From Eledone cirrhosa (Eukaryota): DNA of 64,000 bases. Positions 11,753 through 23,455 of the stretch are shown one piece after another. The position numbers and the translations under genes were made by a program. The notes below the pieces were generated by a model that had not been told where the DNA came from, searched no databases, and saw only the letters and a list, made by a program, of their open reading frames with translations. The stretch lies in assembly GCA_964016885.1 (NCBI GenBank), contig OZ024746.1:63550001-63614000 (forward strand). Direction: 5' to 3'. The first letter of the stretch is position 1, and each line of letters starts with the position of its first letter.

Positions 11753-12802
11753 ACTATGAAGCTGTGAAATCTTGCATGCATTAATTTCAACTCTCAGTTG
11801 AATTGGCAGTATCGGTAGAGGGTCGGACGCCATGCTTTCCAGCATAGTTACGTCCCTTTACAGTCTGAGTTCAAATTCCGTCGAGGTCATCTTTGCCTTT
11901 CATCCTTACGGGGTCGATAAAATAAAGTACCAGTAATGCACTGGGATAATTGCTGGCCTTGTGCCAAAAGTAGAAGCAATTGGCAGTATCGGTAGAGGGT
12001 CGGACGCCATGCTTTCCAGCATAGTTACGTCCCTTTACAGTCTGAGTTCAAATTCCGTCGAGGTCATCTTTGCCTTTCATCCTTACGGGGTCGATAAAAT
12101 AAAGTACCAGTAATGCACTGGGATAATTGCTGGCCTTGTGCCAAAAGTAGAAGCAATTGGCAGTATCGGTAGAGGGTCGGACGCCATGCTTTCCAGCATA
12201 GTTACGTCCCTTTACAGTCTGAGTTCAAATTCCGTCGAGGTCATCTTTGCCTTTCATCCTTACGGGGGTCGATAAAATAAAGTACCAGTAATGCACTGGG
12301 ATAATTGCTGGCCTTGTGCCAAAAGTAGAAGCAATTGGCAGTATCGGTAGAGGGTTGGACGCCATGCTGTCCAGCATAGTTACATCCCTTTACAGTCTGA
12401 GTTCAAATTCCGTCGAGGTTATCTTTGCCTTTCATCCTTACGGGGGTCGATAAAATAAAGTACCAGTAATGCACTGGTATAATTGCTGGCCTTGTGCCAA
12501 AAGTAGAAGCAATTGGCAGTATTGGTAGAGGGTCGGACGCCATGCTTTCCAGCATAGTTACGTCCCTTTACAGTCTGAGTTCAAATTCCGTCGAGGTCAT
12601 CTTTGCCTTTCATCCTTATGGGGGGTCGATAAAATGAAGTACCAGTAATGCACTGGGATAATTGCTGGCCTTGTGCCAAAAGTAGAAACAATTATTAATA
12701 ACTGCATTGTTTCTGTCCAGGGACTATATTGAAAAATAAACCTCATTTGGTCATTCCATGAGAGTATCTTGGTCAGCCTATAAACTTTTCAGCTGCCACT
12801 CG
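11753..12802 (-). mobile_element. Mariner-type MITE split by the SINE pentamer
   Basis: Flanks 11753-11795 and 12692-12802 join into the reverse complement of the uninterrupted MITE at 48867-49057. Confidence 0.75.
11801..12693 (+). repeat. Head-to-tail pentamer of a 177-178 bp tRNA-SINE
   Basis: Units start at 11801, 11978, 12155, 12333 and 12511, are nearly identical, and closely match the monomer at 57286-57476. Confidence 0.95.
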
Positions 12803-13130
12803 TACATTTCAAATGCAGTTATATTAGAATTGAATTAGACAACTAAAGTGCAATAGATTAAAACAACAACAACAACAACTTCAAAGCGAGTTTATATTTA
12901 CTCATTATATTGCATATATATTTTCCTTTTATTAATTCCTGGAAGCAACATTTAATAAAAAGATTCAGGCATTAAGTACATTAAACCTTGATTTTATTGT
13001 TTTAAAGATAGCCACTATATTGTTGCTGATGAGAAAGTAATAATGGTTTCTGTGCGAGGAATAAGGTCATAACTATATGTTGTCCGATGTTCTACCGATT
13101 CTGCTAATCCACTACCCTACTATATGCCGA

Positions 13131-13320
13131 TAATAATAATTGTTTCTACTTTTGGCACAAGGCCAGCAATTATCCAGTGCATTACTGGTGCCTTATTTTA
13201 TTGACCCCCGTAAGGATGAAAGGCAAAGCTAACCTCGGTGGGATTTGAACTCAGAGCGTAAAGGGCCATACCTCTATGCTACAAAGCATAGTGTCCGGCA
13301 TTCTACCAATCCACTGCCCT
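13131..13320 (-). mobile_element. tRNA-SINE monomer
   Basis: Reverse-complement homolog of the pentamer unit with a (TTA)n tail. Confidence 0.85.
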
Positions 13321-13329
13321 TAATAACAA

Positions 13330-13854
13330 CTAGGAGAAAAACCACCCTTCGGGTGGTTTTCTGCTAGCATATGTAGTGTGTATGTTGATATTATACGCAA
13401 GTATATATGCATGTAGATATGATACATCAAATAAAATCGTAATTGACAATATACACAGAAATTGAACGAAGACGTTGTTACACTGTCTTATGTTATCAGT
13501 AACGTAATCTATGATACATTAAAAAAGACGATATTATATATAAACTGCATTAGGAGAAAATTAGTATGTTTATTTAAGTGATCGCCACTGGAAGTGTTGA
13601 CATCACACACTCTCTCTTTCTATATATATATGATAGTTGAAGTGGTTGTGGTGGCAACGATATACCGGAAGTCAATTTTAAATTATTTTTAATTATTTAT
13701 TTTTACGAAATTATTTTTGTTTACGAAATTTAGTAGATAAATTATGTAATATTCATTAATTATTTATTCAAAGTAATCCAACTTATTTTACTAATGGGAT
13801 TTAAAAAAAAAAACCATACGCAGTCCCGCAGACCTTCCTTTATTATAGTTTAGA
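13330..13854 (-). mobile_element. Non-autonomous Helitron (525 bp)
   Basis: Minus strand begins TCTAAACTATAATAAAG and ends with hairpin AAAACCACC-CGAAG-GGTGGTTTT then CTAG. Inserted between A and T with no TSD; removing it restores a SINE tail (taataacaa|ttgtttctacttttggcac). Confidence 0.85.
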
Positions 13855-13899
13855 TTGTTTCTACTTTTGGCACAAGGCCAGCAATTATCCCAGTGTCCT

Positions 13900-14124
13900 T
13901 AATAATAATAATAATGATTTCTACCTTAAGCACAAGGCCAGTAATTATTTTTGGGGAGGGGAAATTCGATTAAATAGACCCCAGTGCATTACTAGTGCTT
14001 TATTTTATCCACCTCATAAGAATGAAAGGCAAAGGTTGCCTCAGTGGGATTTGAACTCAGATCGTAATTTTATGCTGCAAAGCGTGTTGTCCGATGTTCT
14101 ACCAATACTGTCAATCAACCGCCT
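13900..14124 (-). mobile_element. tRNA-SINE monomer
   Basis: Same core in reverse complement. Confidence 0.8.
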
Positions 14125-14413
14125 GATGAGAAAGTAATAATGCTTGAAGGTATAGTCCAGCCAATCCCTCTTTTCCAGTTTATAGTGAAATTGTATAAAC
14201 AGAAGGCCAATGTTTAACCCATTTAATTAATTTTAATTAAGAGGGTGTTGTAGTTTGCTTGAAGAATTGTGTGTAGTGTAGAAAGTAGTGCATTATTTGA
14301 AGACAACGATAATGCAAAATGATGGTAAATTAAAAAAAAATTGCAGGTACAAAGTAAGATGTTGACTCTATAACAACCAAAACACACAGCTCCAAACCAG
14401 TTTCTTATTTTAA

Positions 14414-14451
14414 TCTTCTGATGAAGGGATTTTAATCCCGAAATATTAGGG
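14414..14451 (+). ncRNA. Second minimal hammerhead motif (inverted paralog of 8364-8401)
   Basis: TCTT-CTGATGA-A-GGGATT-TT-AATCCC-GAAA-TATT-AGGG; flanks 14360-14500 are homologous to about 8310-8455. Confidence 0.6.
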
Positions 14452-15929
14452 AAGATACATAAACTACCAAGTAATTACACAAACATCTTTGTTGCTATCA
14501 TCATCATCATCATCATCTTCGTTTAACGTCCATCTTCCATGCTAGCATGGGTTAGACTATCAATAATTTAAAATTTACTGTCCATCTCACATTGTTGTAG
14601 CCTTCAAATAAACTACATTTTTAATTTGTTTGTGTCAAGGGCATGACAACTTCTCTATTGTTTGTGAACTACATGATAAATACACCCAGTACACTCTGTA
14701 AAATGTTTGGTGACAGGAAGGATATCCAGCCATAGGAAACTTGTCAAACTAAGGGCTGAGAGGACTCCAGTTGTGTCAAAAACATGACAACCTTCCCAGA
14801 TTAGGCTCACAAAAAAAAAAACATTCTATAAAATAAATCTATGCTATAAAAATATCAAGATTAAATAGAAATAAAATTGTATTTTACTTACTTCTGTATG
14901 TTGATCACAATAAGTAATCCACTCTTTAATTCTTCTTGAAATAGAAAATTATTTGTATTTTCTTTTTTTAATTCTTTCTAAGTATCTTTTGTTTGCAGCT
15001 CTTTCTGCCAAGTCTTTGATTAATTCTTTTCTGAGTTCCCATGAATTACAAAAGTTAAATTAGTCATAAAATTGGATAAGAAATTAAATTCTTTATTATG
15101 AAGTCCATCATTTATGGTATTTAACTAGTACAAATATTCAGGAATATTTTCTACAGAAATCAGTTAACTATCTTTTGGTAAACAACATTTAATGAGCAGC
15201 TGACAGAATTACATATATATATGAGATATGTTGAAATCATGAGCTACCTTTGTATCTAATATCTTTAGTTTAGTATCACACCGATCTTTACTTAAAAGAA
15301 ACCATTCTTCTTTGTATACAAAGTTTCCTTCAGAATTTCAATCAGTTTTAAATCCTCGAAAATTATTTTCTACCAATAAATTAATTAATTAAATGTGTTG
15401 TTACTTTAATCCAAGGTAAACAATCAATATTTTTTTTATAGTTTTATTGATTAATTTCTGATAATTTAGTGGTCTTTAGTAATTTATATTTCATAAAAAA
15501 CTCAATATATTTTTTGTATACTTTTTTATTTTGATATTAATTACATGAAACACCTGCACATACTCCACATCTGTACATTACACCTTGATAAAAAAAACAC
15601 CATGATAAAAAACACATACAGTCCACCCTGTAAGGTGGTTGTGCTGGTGCCATGACAAAAAAAGCACCCAGTCCACCCTGGAAGATGGTCATACTTGTGC
15701 CACAACAAAAAGCACCCAGTCCACCCTGTAAAGTGGTCATGCTGGTATGACAAAAAGCATCCAGTCCACCCTATAAAGTGTAAGGTGCCACAGCAAAAAA
15801 TGTAGAAAATAGCATCTTTGTTCTGAAATTATTTAGTATGTTATACATTTTCCTGGTGCCATCAATTTTGCCAAATTCCAATTCAATTTGGAAATGAAGA
15901 AGTAAAATATCAAATTGTTCAAATAAATA

Positions 15930-16250
15930 AAAAAGGTAACGACCCCCTTCGGTCACAAATAACCATGGGATTTGCACCTAGAAATTTCCCCTCCGAGGCA
16001 CAAAACTGGGCAAGGTTGTTTGCGGAAGACCAGCAGTTGCCCATGCATACCAGTCTCCCCTTTCCATGCCACGGATGTTGTCCAAGAGAAAGACGAAGGT
16101 CAATACAGCCTGGCACCAATGACGTCGAAACTCATTTCTACAGCTGTGTAAAGTGGAGCAACGTGAAATAAAGTGTTTGGCTCAAGAACACAACACAAAG
16201 CCCGATCCGAGAATCAAACTCACAACCTCATGATTGTAAGCCTGACACTG
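15930..16250 (-). mobile_element. CORE-type tRNA-SINE with a different body/tail
   Basis: Head and core are homologous to 1823-2165; the 3' half differs. Confidence 0.7.
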
Positions 16251-16820
16251 TAATAACTGTTTTTCTAGAAAGCTACCTTGTTTTGTGCAAGTTTAGATAT
16301 AATATTGTAAGTTGTTGCAACCACTTCCTGGATAAGTGTGAATGAGTCTTGGCTATTGCAGCAGCAGCAAGAAAGTAAGGTATTAAATCTCAAGGAAGTC
16401 TCTAAATATTAGACCAATATGCTGACAGAATAAGTAACTTAAAAAGTATAACAATGAGTGAGAGAAGCAGCCATTAAGACAAATACAAGGCTGATCATTT
16501 TCCAGTAATTTTTGGAACCCACTTTTAGTACCCATCTTTTTTGAATCCAATATTTTCTAAGGAATAAGCCAGTCACTTGTAGCCCTTTTTTTCATTCACA
16601 GTTAGCTTTTTCTTCTATGTTGGACAATATCAACTTTAAACTTAACTACATTTATTGTTTTAAATTAACACACACATATATATACATACAAACACATATA
16701 TATACATACATACACACACACATATATATATACACACACATATATATACATACATATACATACAGACACACACATATATATACACACACACATATATATA
16801 TATATATATACATACATATA

Positions 16821-18962
16821 GGATTCCGGAGGCTGAGTGTGTAAATATGTGGTGGTACGCACGTGTGTGTGGTGTTTATATGTATTGTGGATGTAGGTGG
16901 CGGGTGGGAAAACATTTTTTTTTAGTGTATGTCCGTCCGTGGGTAAGTTCCTAAGGTAGTTCCGTAGAGGATGTGGTGAGTTGCCGGATAATTTCCTTGC
17001 GATGGAGTTGATTCGTGGGAGCGATGTCCAATGTGTGTAATCCGTGGTTGGGTTGGTCGGAAGAGGGGAGATGTGGGGGTGCGCGCGCAACAGGAAGTGG
17101 TCAGAGGGTCAAGGCAGGAGGAGGGTTGTGTGTCTGTGTGTGCGGGGAGGTGGTCAGAGATAAGGGCATAGCAGCAGTCGGGGAGAATGGCAGGTGGAGA
17201 AAGTCGGTGTGTCAGTGTGTGCGGAGGTGCGGGGGACAGGGGAGAGGATGGGTAGGTGTGAAAGGTGGAGTGGGGAGAGGGAGGGGGAGAGAAAGGAGTG
17301 GGGACTGGTGGAGAGAGTGTAGTGTACTGGTGTGTGTGTGCATGTTTGGATGTGTGTGTGTGTGTGTGTGGTGAAGGGGGTGTTAGTGGGTGTTAGTATA
17401 CTGGTGGTGGGGAAAGGGTTGAATGCGGGTGTTAGTGGGGGTTAGTGGTGGTAGGGTGTGTAGAGTGGGTGGTGTAAATGGGTGTGGTGTGTGTTCGTGT
17501 GCGTGGGGTCGGGGGGGGAAGGGTAGTGTTATTAGTTGTGGGGTGGTGGGAGTGGATGTGTGGGTGAGAGTTAGTGGTGGTAGTGGTGTGTGTGGTTAGT
17601 GTGAGTGTGTGTATATATGTACCGGTGGGTGTGTACGTGATAAGGGGAGGGGGGGAGAAGAAAGGATGTTATTTGGGGAAGGGTGGTCGGGTGTGGGGTA
17701 GGGGTGTTAGTATTGTTAGTTGTGGGGTGGGCGGTGAAAAGGAGGAGTATGTTAGTGGGGGATATGTGTGTGTGTGTGGGGGGGAACAGGGCGGTCGAAG
17801 GCTAAAGGAATAGGGGTGGGGAGTTCAGGCCGAGAGGAGTGTGGGTCTGTAGGGTGAAGATGGTGCGTTGTTCGGCCCTGAGGAGGGTGGCGGGTGTTCC
17901 GTGGCATTGCAGTAGGCCACAGACTGTGGGGTGGTGCGCGGAATGTCCAGGGGAGCCAAAGTGGCGGGCGATGGGGGAACTACCGCCGAGATGAATATCC
18001 TGGAGGTGTTCGGTAAAACGGTCCGCCAGGCGACGTCCAGTCTGTCCGACGTAGGTTGTGCTACACTCCGTGCAGCGAAGTCCATAGACTAGGTTGGAGG
18101 AGGTGCAGCGGAAGGCGTGGCGGACAAAGAGAGAGTGTGGCCGTTGGGACCCTGGAAGGTGGTGGTGTTGGTGATGTGGGGACAGGTGTTGCAACGAGGC
18201 CTGGAACAGAGAAGGAAACCGGGGGGGGGGGAGCTGCGGACGAGGAGGGTGCGGAGATTGCGTGTGCGTTTGAAGGAGGGGAGTGGTGGGGGTGGGAAGA
18301 TGTGGGAGATGGCGGGGTCGGACTGGAGGCGTCAGAAGAGGCGGAGGATGGTGTGGGGTAGGGGTAGGGTGGAGGGGTAGGGTGGAGGGGTGGTAGGTGA
18401 TGGGGAAGGGGAGACGGTGGGTGGGTGGGCGGTGGCGTGGGGTGAGGGTGGTGGAGCGGTGGACAACACGGGTGCGAGTGAGTGCAGTGTGGACGAGAGA
18501 GGGGGAGTAACCTCTGAGGATGAAATGGCTGACTAGGGAAAGGGCCTAGGACTCAAAGTCAGCATCTCGGCTACAGAGGCAACGGATCCTGAGGAGTTGG
18601 GAGTAGGGAATAGAGTGTTTAGTGTGTGTAGGGTGGGAGGAGGTGAAGTCGAGGTAGGAGTGGGAGGAGGTGGATTTGAAGAAGGCGGAGGTGACGAAGG
18701 ATTGGTTGGAGGGGTCGAGGGCGACGGAGATGTCTAAGAAGTGGACGTGGGTGGTGGAGATAGAGGTGGTGAAGTGGAGGGAGGGGTGGAAGGAGCAGAA
18801 GCAAGAGAGAAAGGAGTCAAACTGTTCTCGGGTGAGGGTCATGGCTCCGATACAGTCGTCGATGTAACGACCGTACAGTTCGGGCGTGGGGCCGGTGTAC
18901 TGGGCAAAGATTTAGGCCTCAACATGGCCTACAAAAAGGTTGGCATAGTTTGGGCCCATTCT

Positions 18963-18967
<5 letters not shown>
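16821..18967 (-). mobile_element. Penelope-like retroelement, 5'-truncated (RT plus GIY-YIG endonuclease, disrupted)
   Basis: RT motifs MGPNYANLF, RYIDDC and HFLD (about 18546-18965); GIY-YIG CTSSNLVYGLRCTECSTTYVGQTGRRLADRFTEH...PLGLN (17802-18194); in-frame stops; microsatellite on both sides. Confidence 0.9.
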
Positions 18968-19015
<48 letters not shown>

Positions 19016-19017
19016 AT

Positions 19018-19430
19018 CCGAGAGAGATGACTCCTTAGCCTTTGTCAAGGCAGAATTCTAGGAGAAGGAAAACTCTGATATAGCACCTGCAACTCTGATG
19101 GTATCCAATGATGTTGACTTGTTCTTCTTTTTGGTAAATATCATTTTGGTTAAGAGAGTGGGACTGGCTCTGTGCAGTGCCTTTGCTCACTATAAAAGCT
19201 TCATGGCACAGGCATTGCTTTATATCTGGAGATCTCTCTGCACTTGTTGTCACGTGGTACCATGGGCCCAGCACTATGTGTCAATAATTGTCACAAGTGT
19301 AGTGTTTGTACCAGAGTTTTCAAGTCGTTGGCTGGACTAAGAAGTCACACTCGTTCAGCGCATCGGTGGGGGTTCTCCTACATGGATATAAAGTAGTGGC
19401 TGTACTTGAAAACGAGTTGGCAGCCACCAT
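19018..19430 (+). mobile_element. Non-autonomous RTE-derived element, copy 1 (5'-truncated)
   Basis: Contains TAGGAGAAGGAAAACTCTGA (RTE 5'UTR-like motif) and ends GGCAGCCACCAT followed by microsatellite. Confidence 0.75.
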
Positions 19431-19439
19431 ATATGTATG

Positions 19440-19471
<32 letters not shown>

Positions 19472-19510
19472 TGTATGTATGTATGTATGTATGTATATAT
19501 GTATATATAT

Positions 19511-19850
19511 CTGGGAGAGATGACCCCTTAGCCTTTGTCAAGGCAGAATTCTAGGAGAAGGAAAACTCTGATATAACACCTGCAACCCTGATGGTATCCA
19601 ATGATGTTGACTTGTTCTTCTTTTTGGTAAATATCATCTTGGTTAAGAGAGTGGGACTGGCTTTGTGCAGTGCCTTTGCTCACTATAAAAGCTTCACGGC
19701 ACAGGCATTGCTTTGTATCTGGAGATCTCTCTGCACTTGTCGTCAGATGATACCATGGGCCCAGTCATATTCGTTCAGCGCATCGGTAGGGGTTCTCCTA
19801 GATGGATATAAAGTATTGGCCGTACTCGAAAACGAGTTGGCAGCCACCAT
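19511..19850 (+). mobile_element. Non-autonomous RTE-derived element, copy 2 (5'-truncated, internal deletion)
   Basis: Homologous to copy 1 with essentially the same 5' breakpoint and the same 3' end. Confidence 0.75.
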
Positions 19851-19895
19851 ATATATATGTATGTACGTATGTATATATGTATGTATGTATATATG

Positions 19896-19927
<32 letters not shown>

Positions 19928-20020
19928 TGTATGTATGTATGTATGTATGTATGTATATGTGTATGTATGTATGTATATGTGTATATAGATGTATGTATAT
20001 ATATATATGTATGTATATTA

Positions 20021-20629
20021 TGTCAGGTCACCAGTTGGTGCTACTGGTAACATGTATCCCAGTACAAGCTGTCTCATGGTCGGGTCGTTGGCGACTAAAC
20101 TGGCAACCCCACCAAGGTTTCTTGGTGAGGAGGGTGACTTTGGACATCCTGCAGGACTAAAAACAAAACCTGTCAAAGGGCAAAGGAGCTCTTAAGAGTC
20201 AATGGCCATCCAAAATCACTGGAAGAGATGACCCCTTAGCCTTTGTCAAGGCAGAATTCTAGGAGAAGGAAAATTCTGATATAACACCTGCAACCCTGAT
20301 GGTATCCAATGATGTTGACTTGTTCTTCTTTTTGGTAAATATCATCTTGGTTAAGAGAGTGGGACTGGCTTTGTGCAGTGCCTTTGCTCACTATAAAAGC
20401 TTCACAGCACAGGCATTGCTTTATATCTGGAGATCTCTCTGCACTTGTCGTCACATGGTACCATGGGCCCAGCACTGTGTCAATAATTGTCACAAGTGTA
20501 GTGTTTGTACCAGAGTTTTCAAGTCACTGGCTGGACTAAAAAGTCACACTCGTTCAGTGCTTCGGTAGGGGTTCTCCTACATGGATATAAAGTAGTGGCC
20601 GTACTCGAAAACGAGTTGGCAGCCACCAT
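20021..20629 (+). mobile_element. Non-autonomous RTE-derived element, copy 3 (longest, about 610 bp)
   Basis: 5'UTR-like half plus a remnant C2H2-like RTE C-terminus ([19 protein letters not shown]); no RT. Confidence 0.75.
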
Positions 20630-20707
20630 GTATATATATATATGTATGTATATATATATATGTATGTATATATATATATGTATGTATATATATATATGTA
20701 TGTATGT

Positions 20708-20993
20708 ATCATCACCATCGTTTAACGTCCATCTTCCACGCTTGCATGGGTTTGGATGGGAATTTTCCCACTTGAGGCAAGATTGGTTGTCTTGCTCGTA
20801 TAGGACTGTCTGGCAGGTTTTCTACGGCTGGATGCCCTTCCTAACACCAACCACGTTTACAGTGTGGACTGGGAGGTTTTTACTGTGTTACCTACACGGC
20901 CACATTAGAGCGTGGACTGTATGTTTTTTTGTCGTGACACCTAGTCCGAAACAAATGAGGTCGTGTAGATGTTGTGGTATCAACATAACTTTA
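20708..20993 (-). mobile_element. 3' UTR-only fragment of RTE LINE family A
   Basis: (GAT)n tail and UTR homologous to 21073-21365. Confidence 0.8.
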
Positions 20994-21072
20994 CATACAT
21001 ATATACATATATATACATATACACATATATATACACATACATATATACATATATATACATATACACATACAT

Positions 21073-22386
21073 ATCATCATCATCATCAACGTTTAACGTC
21101 CGTGTTCCACGCTTGCATGGGTTTGGACGGGGGTATTCCCACTTGAGGCAAGAGTGATTGTCTTGCTCGCATAGGACTGTCTGGCAGGTTTTCTACAGTT
21201 GGATGCCCTTCCTAACACCAACCACATTTACAGTGTGGGACTGGGAGGTTTTTACCGTGTTGCCTACACGGCCACATTACAGCGTGGACTGTGTGTTTTT
21301 TTGTCGTGACACCTACACGATCTCATTTGTTTCGGCCTGGATGTTGTGGCACCAACATAACTTTACATAGGAGGGGTGGTGTGGATGGGGGTGTGGGTGG
21401 GGGTGTGGGTGGTGGGACGGGGGTGTATTTTGTTAGAGATGCCTACTGGCTGTAGTAGGTTTTACTATGTATTTAGGTAAGGCGGGTCTTCTCTATTACT
21501 GAGTACCGCCAAAGGTCTCGGTCCAGTGACATTGTCTTGGAGAGGTGTAAGTGTGTGAGGTCGGAGTTTATCAGCTCGTCCCAGGATTTTCTAGGTCTGC
21601 CTATTCCGTGGCTACCGTCTATCTTTATTGCCCTGCACTTTGTTATACAGCTATCGACTTTCATGCGCATCACGTGTCCGTACCAACGTAGCCTTCTCTC
21701 GAGTAAACAACATCTGATCCCTCTTATTTCTAATTTTCTCCTTAGTTCGTTTATGCTTTGCCGTTCACGTATATTACTATTACACATCCAGCGGAGCATG
21801 CAAGCTTCGTTCCTCTCTAGTCTGCGTATATCCTCTGCGCACAATGCCCAGGTCTCACTGCCATGCAACATTGCTGTTCGTATGCAGGCATCATACAACC
21901 TGCCTTTCATTTTTAGGGAGAACCCTTTAGCGGCTAATAGTGGTATAAGCTCTCTGAACTTTTCCCATCCAGTTCTGACTCTAGCTACTGTACTTTCGGA
22001 GCACCCTCCCCCACTGCTGATTTTGTCACCCAGGTAACGGAAGCTGTCCACTATTTCTATAGAGCCCTCTGCGCAATTGAAAGAGTTAGTATTTTGTGGG
22101 CACTCGCTGCTACTTATTGCACCAGAACACCGGCCACATGTAAAATCTAAGTTCTTAGTTAGCTTACCTGTGATCCCACTACATCTTTTATGCACCCATA
22201 CTTTGCATTTGGAACATAAAATGGAGTTTCTACCTACGCCTTTCCTACACACTGAGCATGGCCATTTCCCGGAAGGGACCGCCGCCTTATTTTCTTTCCT
22301 ACAAACTAGAACTTTAGTCTTAGCCAGGTTAATTTTAAGGCCTTTTGATTCTAGGCCGTGCTTCCATGTTTGGAATTTCTTCTCTA
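21073..22386 (-). mobile_element. RTE-type LINE family A, 5'-truncated
   Basis: Coding part 21473-22386 ([11 protein letters not shown] finger..[16 protein letters not shown]), 3' UTR and (GAT)n tail. Confidence 0.95.
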
Positions 22387-22556
22387 TATATACATATATA
22401 TACAAATATATACATATATATATACATACATATATACATACATATATACAGACATATATACATACATACATATATATATATACATACATATATATATATA
22501 CATACATATATATATATATACATACATATATATATACATACATATATATATACATA

Positions 22557-23398
22557 CAGGGAAATGGCCATGTTCGATATGCAGAAAAGGAACTGGCATA
22601 AATTCTATAAAATGCACACAATATAGGTCCTGGGTACACAAGAGATGTAGCGGGATAGCAGGCAAACTAACAGGTAGGGAGAAATATGTATGCAGTAGAT
22701 GTACAGGGAAATTAGACAGTAGAAGTCGCACTGATAGACACATTTTTCAAATGCGAGAGGGCGCTATAGAAGTGGTGGATAGCTTCCGGTACCTAGGAGA
22801 TCAGATTAGCATGGGAGGAGGGTGTTCCGAGGCCATAGTATCTAGAATAAGGACGGGTTGGAAGAAGTTTAGGGAGCTGCTTCCTCTGTTGACAAAGAAG
22901 GGTTTCTCCCTGCGTACGAAAGGCCGGTTGTATGATGCCTGTGTGAGGAGCGCGATGCTGCATGGTAGTGAGACATGGGCAGCAACTGCAGAAGATATGC
23001 GACGGCTGGAGAGAAATGAGGCAAGCATGCTCCGTTGGATGTGCAGTGTAAATGTGCGTGAACGACCCAGCATAAATGTGTTGAGAAAGAAACTGTGTCT
23101 GAGAGGGATAGAATGTAGTGTACGGGAGAGGAGACTGAGGTGGTATGGACATGTGATGCGCATGGAGGATGACCGATGGGTGAAGAAGTGCCAGGAAATG
23201 CCAGTTGAAGGAAGACGTGGTAGAGGTAGACCACGAAAAACATGGGCGGAGGTGGTGAGAACAGACCTCAGATCATTGAAGCTCACGGTGGAGATGACGA
23301 GGGACCGTGACGAGTGGAGAGATGCTGTGCTGAATAAGACCCGTCCCACCCTTGCAAGCAGGGAAAAGCGGACGTAAAATGATGATGATGATGATGAT
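22557..23398 (+). mobile_element. RTE-type LINE family B, 5'-truncated
   Basis: Open frame from [11 protein letters not shown] to ..[13 protein letters not shown] (stop 23377), followed directly by a (GAT)n tail. Confidence 0.95.
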
Positions 23399-23455
23399 AC
23401 ATATATATATACATACATATATATATATACATACATATATATATATACATACATA

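Noticed and set aside
11801-12693. Regular repeat arrays (here, 4872-5222 and 49385-49690) as CRISPR-like
   Set aside because: There are no unique spacers and no cas genes, the context is eukaryotic, and the units are TE-derived.
13585-13675. ETS-like motifs as the TRPA1-like promoter
   Set aside because: They lie inside a Helitron; there is no independent evidence of promoter function.
19591-20568. Repeated hydrophobic ORF MVSNDVDLFFFLVNIILVKRVGL as a small membrane-protein family
   Set aside because: It lies in a non-autonomous retroelement, and C-terminal frames differ among copies because of indels, so there is no sign of coding constraint.
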